Shown piece by piece: positions 58,008 through 64,000 of a DNA stretch of 64,000 nt. Location: the NCBI GenBank assembly GCA_963762055.1, contig CAVXJF010000013.1, positions 13,877-77,876 on the forward strand, read 5' to 3'. The notes beneath the pieces are model-generated. The model did not search any database and was not told the DNA's origin. It saw only the letters and a program-made list of their open reading frames with translations. Every line of letters starts with the position of its first letter. Within the stretch, counting starts at the first letter, position 1. Source of the stretch: Vicinamibacterales bacterium (GTDB lineage: Bacteria > Acidobacteriota > Vicinamibacteria > Vicinamibacterales > JAMQPK01). A program made the position numbers and the translations under genes.

Positions 58008-58169
58008 ATGGGTCGGATTGGTTTGCCGGAGCTTTTCATCATCCTCTTCATCGTCGTTCTGATCTTCGGCGCGAACCGCCTGCCGCAGCTCGCCACGGGC
58101 ATCGGCAAGTCGATTCGCAGCTTCAAAGACGGGATGAAAGAGGGCGACGACAACAACAAGAACGGCTAA
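58008..58169 (+). CDS. tatA: Twin-arginine translocase subunit TatA/E (53 aa; below the ORF-track cutoff)
   Basis: MGRIGLPELFIILFIVVLIFGANRLPQLATGIGKSIRSFKDGMKEGDD..., preceded by AAGGAG 7 nt upstream. Confidence 0.85.
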   Translation: MGRIGLPELFIILFIVVLIFGANRLPQLATGIGKSIRSFKDGMKEGDDNNKNG

Positions 58170-60436
58170 CGCCGTCCTCGTCCACCCTTCTGTCTTTCGC
58201 GCCGCCCCGGCCGCTGCTTGCGGCGCTTCACGGGGCTGCGCTGCTCGCGTTTCGGCTTCGCCTTGCTGTGGCTGGGCCCGCGCCGCCGCTCGTCGGCCCT
58301 CACCGTTTCAAGAATCTCCACCAGTCCGAGGTCAATCTGGCGCCGCTCCATGTCGACGCGCACGACCTGCACCTCGACGCGATCGCCGAGCTGATACACC
58401 TTCTGCGTGTTCTCCCCGCGCAGCGAATGGCTCTTCTCGAGGAAGCGGTAGTAATCGTCCGCCATGCTCGACACGTGCACGAGGCCTTCGACGTAGTGCT
58501 CGACGAGCTGCACGAACAGCCCGAACGCCGCCACTCCCGTGATGTAGCCGACGAACTCGTCGCCGACCTTGTCGGCCATGAAGCGCACCTTCTTCCATTG
58601 CACCAGCTCGCGCTCGGCCTCGTCGGCGCGGCGCTCCATGTCTGAGCAGTGGCGGGCCATCTCGGGCAGATCGGCCTCGAGCTCCTCGACCCGCTCCATA
58701 TCGATGCCCTTGTGACGCAGCTCCCGGAGCATGCGATGGACGATCAGATCCGGATAGCGGCGGATCGGCGACGTGAAGTGCGTATATGAGTCGGCGGCGA
58801 GGCCGAAATGGCCGAGGTTCCGCTCGGCATAACGCGCCTTCTGCATCGTGCGGAGCATCAGAAACGCAATCGGACGCTCCTCGGGCTTGCCGTGCAGCTT
58901 CTCGAGCAGCCGCTGGAAATTCCGCGGCCGCACGGCGCCGGGAGGCGCGGCCAGCGAGTAGCCGAACCCGGAAATGAACTCTTCGAACTCCTCTACTTTC
59001 AACGGATCGGGCTGCTCGTGGATGCGGTACAGGCACGGCATGCCGCGCCCCTCGACGTAGGTCGCCACGGTTTCGTTCGCCAGCAGCATGAACTCTTCTA
59101 TCAGCTTGTGGGCGATGTTCCGCTGGGCTTCCACGATCGATTCAACCTTGCCCGCATCGTCGAGGATCACTTCCGCCTCGGGCAGATCGAAATCAATCGA
59201 CCCGCGGCGTTTCCGGCGCGTGTTCAGCACCTGAAACAGCTGCCCCATCAGCTCGAACTTCGGCACCAGATCGCGATATTTCTCCATCAGCTCCGGCGGC
59301 TTGACCGTGAGAATCGCGTTGACGTCTGTGTAGGTCATGCGCGCGGCGGTGTTGATGACGCCGTCGTGAAATTCAGATCGCACCACCGAGCCGTTCGAGT
59401 CCACTTCCATCAGGCACGTCTGCACGAGACGGTCCACCTGCGGATTCAGGCTGCAGATTCCAGTCGCGAGCTCGGAGGGAAACATGTGAACCGCGCGATC
59501 GGGGAAGTACACCGACGTGGCGCGCTCGTAGCCCTCGAGGTCGAGCGCCGTACCTCCGGTCACGTAATGCGCGACGTCCGCGATGTGCACGCCCAGCCAG
59601 TAGTGCCCGTTCGGCAGCTTCTCGATGCTGATCGCGTCGTCGAAATCGCGGGCGTGCTCTCCGTCGATGGTCACCGTTACCGTCGTTCTGAAATCCGTGC
59701 GTCCTTCCGTGTCTTTCGCAGTGACGGGGCCGAAGCGGAGGGCCTCTTCGATCGCGGCTTCGCCATGCGCGTCGGGAATGCCGAACTTGCGGATGATGAT
59801 CTCGGTGTCGACGCCCTGCTCGTTGACATCGCCGAGCACTTCGAGCACCTTGCCAACCGGACCGCGCGTCGCCGTCGGCCAGGTGGTGATCTGGACGACC
59901 ACCATTTCTCCAGGCTCAGCTGCTCCCGACTGCCCGGTCGGGATATGCACGTCGGTGAGCAGCCGCTTGTCGAATGGCTGCACGAACCCGAGGCCCGAGC
60001 CCTCCACGTCGAAGCGGCCGACGATGGTCTCATTGCCGCGCTGCATCACGCGGATGATGCGTCCCTCGACGCGGTCGTCGCTCGTCCGCCGCTCGATGCG
60101 CGCAAGCACGCGGTCGCCGTGCATCGCTTCTTTGACGTTACCGGCGGAGACATAGACATCAGGCGCATCGCCGTCCGACTTGTCGGGAACGACAAATCCA
60201 AAACCGCTCGCATGCGTCTGCAGGCGCCCGACGACGAGGTCCATTTTTTCGGGGAGGCCGACGCGTTCGCCTTTCGTCTGGACCAGCTCGCCCGTGCTGA
60301 CAAGCGCCTTCAACAGACGGCGGAACGTTGCCCGCTCTTCGCGCGGCACTTTCAAGATGCGGATTAATTCGCGCGGTGTTGCCGGATGCGTAACCTTGTC
60401 GCGCAGCGACTGGACGATCTGTTCTCGAGACAGCAT
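58166..60436 (-). CDS. rnr: Ribonuclease R
   Basis: 756 aa. Cold-shock/OB N-terminus, RNB domain (DFDDAISIE..., HFGL...YTHFTSPIRRYPDL), S1 domain and a basic K/R tail. Confidence 0.92.
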   Translation of the reverse strand: MLSREQIVQSLRDKVTHPATPRELIRILKVPREERATFRRLLKALVSTGELVQTKGERVGLPEKMDLVVGRLQTHASGFGFVVPDKSDGDAPDVYVSAGNVKEAMHGDRVLARIERRTSDDRVEGRIIRVMQRGNETIVGRFDVEGSGLGFVQPFDKRLLTDVHIPTGQSGAAEPGEMVVVQITTWPTATRGPVGKVLEVLGDVNEQGVDTEIIIRKFGIPDAHGEAAIEEALRFGPVTAKDTEGRTDFRTTVTVTIDGEHARDFDDAISIEKLPNGHYWLGVHIADVAHYVTGGTALDLEGYERATSVYFPDRAVHMFPSELATGICSLNPQVDRLVQTCLMEVDSNGSVVRSEFHDGVINTAARMTYTDVNAILTVKPPELMEKYRDLVPKFELMGQLFQVLNTRRKRRGSIDFDLPEAEVILDDAGKVESIVEAQRNIAHKLIEEFMLLANETVATYVEGRGMPCLYRIHEQPDPLKVEEFEEFISGFGYSLAAPPGAVRPRNFQRLLEKLHGKPEERPIAFLMLRTMQKARYAERNLGHFGLAADSYTHFTSPIRRYPDLIVHRMLRELRHKGIDMERVEELEADLPEMARHCSDMERRADEAERELVQWKKVRFMADKVGDEFVGYITGVAAFGLFVQLVEHYVEGLVHVSSMADDYYRFLEKSHSLRGENTQKVYQLGDRVEVQVVRVDMERRQIDLGLVEILETVRADERRRGPSHSKAKPKREQRSPVKRRKQRPGRRERQKGGRGRR

Positions 60437-60467
60437 TAACGTGAATATAGTCGGAAGTGGGGGGGCA

Positions 60468-60517
60468 GGAATTGAAAATTGAAAATTGAAAATTGAGGAT
60501 TGGGGATTGGGGATTCG
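60468..60517. repeat. AATTGAA x4 then GATTGGG x3 heptamer array
   Basis: gg aattgaa aattgaa aattgaa aattgag gattggg gattggg gattcgc, between the rnr start and the stop of the glycerate kinase gene. Confidence 0.85.
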
Positions 60518-60519
60518 CG

Positions 60520-61806
60520 TTAGCGAAACAGAACGACCTGCAGGTCGCCGACGTTCGTCGTCGAGGGTCCGGTGACGATCAAGTCGCCAAGCTGTTGGAA
60601 GAATGCATACGCGTTGTTGTCGGCCAGGTACGCGCCCGCATCGAGCGCCTGCTCGCGTGCACGGGCAATCGTGGTCGTATCGGAATACGCGCCGGCGGCA
60701 TCCGTCGGGCCGTCGATGCCGTCCGTTCCGATGCTGCCGACCGCGATTTCTTGCGCTTCCTGCGCGAGCGCCGTTGCGACGGAAAGCGCGATTTCCTGAT
60801 TACGGCCGCCTTTCCCGCGGCCGACGACTTTGACTGTCGTTTCACCGCTCGCGATGACCGCCAGTGGCCTGGCGCGTCCGGCGGCGAGCGCGCGGGCGCG
60901 CTCGAGCACGACGGGGCCCATCGTGCGCGCGTCACCGACCACTGGATCATCGATCGTCGCGACGTCGTAGCCAAGCGCGCGGGCCGTGTCGGCGGCGCCG
61001 GCCATCGCGTTAAAGCGGCCGCCGATCACCTTCGTAACGGACCGTTCGCAGCGTGGGTCGCCCGCCTTCAGTGTCTCGTCGATCTTTCCTTCGAGACCGG
61101 CGCGCAGATAGTTCGTCGCCGCGCTGGTGAGCAGGCCCTCGACCCCGAACCGCTCGACATAGTCCCATGCGTCGCGAAACGTGGACGGGTCCGGCACCGT
61201 CGGCCCCGAACCGATGACACTGAGGTCATCGCCCACGACGTCGGAGATCGCGAGACACACCGTCGGGCCGGCAGCGGCCGCAGCCAGCCGGCCTCCTTTG
61301 ACCGCAGACAGATGTTTGCGAATCGTGTTGAGCGCGGTGATGTCGGCACCCGCCTTCAGCAAGGCGTTGACCGCGGTGCGCTTGTCTTCGAGCGTGAGGT
61401 TCCCCGCTGGGACCGCCATCAAAGCCGACGCACCACCCGAGAGCAGCACGACGAGCGTCTCCCCGGGATCGGTACGGCGAGCCACCTCGAGCGCGCGGCG
61501 TCCCGCGGCCACGCTTCGCTCGTCGGGCAGCGGATGACTGGACGGAATCCATTCGAGCCGCACAGGCAAGTCGATGGGAAGATGCGTACCGATGACGATG
61601 CCGTCGCGAATGCGATCGCCGGCGAGCCGCGCGAAAGTGCCCGCCATGAACGGCGCAGCCTTGCCGACAGCGATCACCCGCAGGGGCTTCGCCAGGAGCG
61701 GCGCGATCGCCGGATCCAGGATGGCTCGATCGATCAGATGCTGCGGCGAAGCGGCGTCGATGGCGCCGCGCGCGATAGTGAGAAAATCCTGGCGGAACTT
61801 CGACAG
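60520..61806 (-). CDS. Glycerate 2-kinase / hydroxypyruvate reductase-like (DUF4147 + MOFRL)
   Basis: ...IAVGKAAPFMAG..., LLSGGASALM, and a MOFRL C-terminus (GGETTV.V.G.GKGGRNQE...TDGIDGPTDAAGA). Homology clearly extends upstream of the track's GTG (61677): LSKFRQDFLTIARGAIDAASPQHLIDRAIL. No ATG or GTG is available there, so the start (CTG 61806?) is unresolved. Confidence 0.75.
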   Translation of the reverse strand: MSKFRQDFLTIARGAIDAASPQHLIDRAILDPAIAPLLAKPLRVIAVGKAAPFMAGTFARLAGDRIRDGIVIGTHLPIDLPVRLEWIPSSHPLPDERSVAAGRRALEVARRTDPGETLVVLLSGGASALMAVPAGNLTLEDKRTAVNALLKAGADITALNTIRKHLSAVKGGRLAAAAAGPTVCLAISDVVGDDLSVIGSGPTVPDPSTFRDAWDYVERFGVEGLLTSAATNYLRAGLEGKIDETLKAGDPRCERSVTKVIGGRFNAMAGAADTARALGYDVATIDDPVVGDARTMGPVVLERARALAAGRARPLAVIASGETTVKVVGRGKGGRNQEIALSVATALAQEAQEIAVGSIGTDGIDGPTDAAGAYSDTTTIARAREQALDAGAYLADNNAYAFFQQLGDLIVTGPSTTNVGDLQVVLFR

Positions 61807-61816
61807 AGTCGAGGTC

Positions 61817-62086
61817 TCAGTGAAGGTTCTTCGGATCGGTCCAGCGCGAAAGGCCGGTGACCACGTTGAACTTGCGAAGGAGCCCGCTGACGAACTGGTC
61901 GGCGTCCTGTTTGGTTGAAAGACGATCGAGCTGGGAAAGAATACGTGTGAGGGCGGCTTCGACGGGCATGATCGCGCTGTCTGAGTAGTACTCGCGTTGC
62001 TGCTCGAGACAGCGTCGATGCTTGAGGAACTCTTCCCGATAAAAATCGGTCAGATTGGACCCGGGCCGTGCCTTCGGCTGCGTCAT
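61817..62086 (-). CDS. Hypothetical protein (89 aa)
   Basis: Balanced, non-repetitive composition (NLTDFYREEFLKHRRCLEQQREYYSDSAIMPVEAALTRILSQLDRL...). I do not recognise a family. Confidence 0.4.
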   Translation of the reverse strand: MTQPKARPGSNLTDFYREEFLKHRRCLEQQREYYSDSAIMPVEAALTRILSQLDRLSTKQDADQFVSGLLRKFNVVTGLSRWTDPKNLH

Positions 62087-62125
62087 CTAGGGGTAAATCC
62101 AGTCTACGAAGCAGGCGTGCGCGTG

Positions 62126-62389
62126 TCAACGAAATTTCATCGAATCTTCATCCTCAGTCCGCAATTTCTCTCGTGCTCCGGCGTGCATCAGCCGTTCGAA
62201 TCCACTGGCGATCGTAGCGAATGTCGGCAACGCCCGGGAGCTGCGCGGCCGTCGTGGCCAGCGCTTCCACCGCGGCGTGGATCGGCTTGGTACAGAAGAC
62301 GCACTCCCCTTTTTCGATGCGAATCGAGAGATCGCGAGCGCGTACACGCCGCGGCTGTAGAGCTTCGAAAGATTGTGGGTTTCGATCAA
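62126..62389 (-). pseudogene. Relic of a cell-division ABC pair (ftsE N-terminus fused to an ftsX-like fragment)
   Basis: Frame a: MIETHNLSKLYSRGVYAL. Frame c: RDLSIRIEKGECVFCT (as in FtsE ...GEFVFLTG) then KPIHAAVEALATTAAQLPGVADIRYDRQW. Frame a again: FERLMH.... No Walker A is present and at least two frame changes occur within 264 nt. Confidence 0.5.
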
Positions 62390-63828
62390 GCGCTTAATTG
62401 TAGTTCGCGACGCAAGAGCTCATTCACCAGTTTCGGGTTCGCCTTGCCGCCTGTCGCCTTCATCACCTGGCCCACCAGGAACCCGAAGGTCCCCGTCTTG
62501 CCGTTCCGAATCTGCGAGACCGCATCCTGGTTCGCGGCGATCACCGTGCGGACGCTCGACAAGATCGCGTCCTCGTCGCCGATCTGCGCCAGCCCGTCCG
62601 CGGCGACGATGTCGTCGGCCACGCGGCCGGTGTCATACATGCGTTCGAAGACCGTCTTCCCGATCGACGCGCTGATGATCGATTTATCCACCAGGGCAAT
62701 CAATCGGGCGAGCGCGGCGGCCGGCATGCGCGCGCGGTCGAACCGCTCGCCCAGTTCGTTCAGCTTGCGCGCGACTTCGCCCGAGACCCAGTTGAACGCG
62801 GCGCGCGGGTTGCCGGAGGCGCGGGCCGTCTCTTCGAACAGCGCCGTCAGCGATGTGTTTTCGAGCGCATTGACCTCGAGCTCCGACAAGGCGTATTCCA
62901 CCATGACGCGCTGACGCCGCGCCTCGGGCAACTCAGAGACGGACTCGCGAATCTGCGCGATACGCTCGGGCGTCATCTGCACCGGCGGCAGATCGGGTTC
63001 AGGAAAGTAACGGTAGTCATGCGCGTCTTCCTTGCTGCGCATCGACACCGTCTCCCGCGCCGCGGCGTCCCACAACCGCGTCTCCTGCACGATCGTGCCG
63101 CCCTGCTCGACGATCTCCGTCTGACGCTCGATCTCGTATTCGAGCGCCTTTTCGAGATAGCGGAACGAGTTGATGTTCTTGACCTCGGCTTTCGTGCCCA
63201 GCCGGGTTGCGCCTTCGGGCCGCACCGAGACGTTGGCGTCGCACCGGAGGCTCCCCTCCTCCATGTTGCCGTCGTTTACGCCGATGGATATCAGAATCTC
63301 CCGGAGCCGGCGGAACGCCTCGGCCGCGTCGGCGGCCGAATGCAGGTCGGGCTCGGTCACAATTTCGATGAGCGGAGTCCCGCTGCGGTTGAAGTCGAGG
63401 TAGGTCTTGCGGTCGGAATCGGGGAACCCCTCGTGCAGCGACTTGCCGGCGTCTTCTTCCATGTGCACGCGGGTAATCCGCACGCGTTTGGCCCGGCCGC
63501 CGGCCGAATATTCGAGGGCGCCGCGGGTGGCGAGCGGCAGCTCGTATTGGGAGATCTGGTATCCCTTGGGCAGATCGGGGTAAAAGTAGTTTTTCCGGGC
63601 AAAAATCGAGCGTTCCTGGACCTCGCAGTTGAGGGCAAGCGCCGCCTTGGCGGCAAAATCGACTGCCCGCCGGTTGAGGACCGGCAGCGCGCCCGGAAAG
63701 CCCAGACAGACCGGACAGACATTGGTATTCGGGGCGTGGCCGAACCGCGTGCTGCAGCCGCAGAAAATCTTGGTCTCAGTGAGCAGGCGGGCGTGTATTT
63801 CGAGCCCGATTACGGGTTCAAATCCCAC
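62386..63828 (-). CDS. gatB: Asp-tRNA(Asn)/Glu-tRNA(Gln) amidotransferase subunit B
   Basis: FEPVIGLEIHARL.TETKIFCGCS...PNTNVCPVCLGFPGALPVLN...CDANVSVR...KNINSF. Confidence 0.95.
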   Translation of the reverse strand: MGFEPVIGLEIHARLLTETKIFCGCSTRFGHAPNTNVCPVCLGFPGALPVLNRRAVDFAAKAALALNCEVQERSIFARKNYFYPDLPKGYQISQYELPLATRGALEYSAGGRAKRVRITRVHMEEDAGKSLHEGFPDSDRKTYLDFNRSGTPLIEIVTEPDLHSAADAAEAFRRLREILISIGVNDGNMEEGSLRCDANVSVRPEGATRLGTKAEVKNINSFRYLEKALEYEIERQTEIVEQGGTIVQETRLWDAAARETVSMRSKEDAHDYRYFPEPDLPPVQMTPERIAQIRESVSELPEARRQRVMVEYALSELEVNALENTSLTALFEETARASGNPRAAFNWVSGEVARKLNELGERFDRARMPAAALARLIALVDKSIISASIGKTVFERMYDTGRVADDIVAADGLAQIGDEDAILSSVRTVIAANQDAVSQIRNGKTGTFGFLVGQVMKATGGKANPKLVNELLRRELQLSA

Positions 63829-64000
63829 CGGTGGATGCTATCATCAATGCATCAGGTTTCCGGCCCCAAAACCCCCTAACCGCCTGTAAATGAAAGGCCA
63901 GCGTAGTCGTATAGATGAGTAGGCACGATCCGATGACGGCTGGCGGCTCCGCCCTTCCGGCTTCCCCGCGGGACGCGACGCGCGAAGACTCTCCCGCGCC

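Noticed and set aside
63915-64000. Open plus-strand frame at the window end (MSRHDPMTAGGSALPASPRDATREDSPA...).
   Set aside because: Only about 28 codons are visible, the composition is low-complexity, and there is no recognisable motif or RBS. That is too little to call.

Overview
High-GC bacterial chromosomal segment. It is probably Acidobacteriota, inferred from an ADOP-type duplicated orphan permease and the overall gene content; this was not checked against a database. About 70 tightly packed, mostly housekeeping genes are present.

Gene content, in order:
- a 5'-truncated RND efflux pump, a Tat-exported amine oxidase and the ADOP permease
- an ECF sigma / anti-sigma / DUF4252 module, corA, and a DUF2723 membrane protein
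- a LolA-like protein coupled to a lipoprotein secretin
- a peptidoglycan block nagZ-ldcA-mpl-murB-murA
- mntH, a PolX polymerase, rodZ and thiE
- the ffh / rpsP-KH-rimM-trmD-rplS-rnhB ribosomal cluster and ribD-ribE-ribBA
- ftsY-gpsA-plsY, cinA-pgpA, and an NtrY/NtrC-like two-component pair with nrdR
- purC, CIRCE-controlled groES-groEL, tonB, tatA, rnr and gatB

I found no transposase, integrase, phage, CRISPR, toxin-antitoxin or recognisable defence genes, and no tRNA or rRNA. I do not see a convincing novel multi-gene protein system.

What the gene map does not explain is structural:
1. At least 11 intergenic spacers are filled with tandem arrays of 7-nt period, each locus with its own unit. 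They resemble cyanobacterial STRR repeats. Some form long inverted arms around terminators, and one pair is G-quadruplex-capable on both strands.
2. A REP-like hairpin (GTCCGGCTAAAGCCGGAC) recurs three times, once as a dimer translated in frame inside an acyl-CoA synthetase gene.
3. Three conserved genes (glutaminyl cyclase, PolX, purC) are each broken by one extra G. These are either assembly errors or real frameshifts.
4. Several gene relics or fragments are present (ftsE/ftsX, TPR and HEAT-like pieces).
5. Stop/start codon overlaps (ATGA, GTGA, TGATG) are pervasive.

All calls rest on reading the translated ORFs and the sequence by eye. No searches were run.
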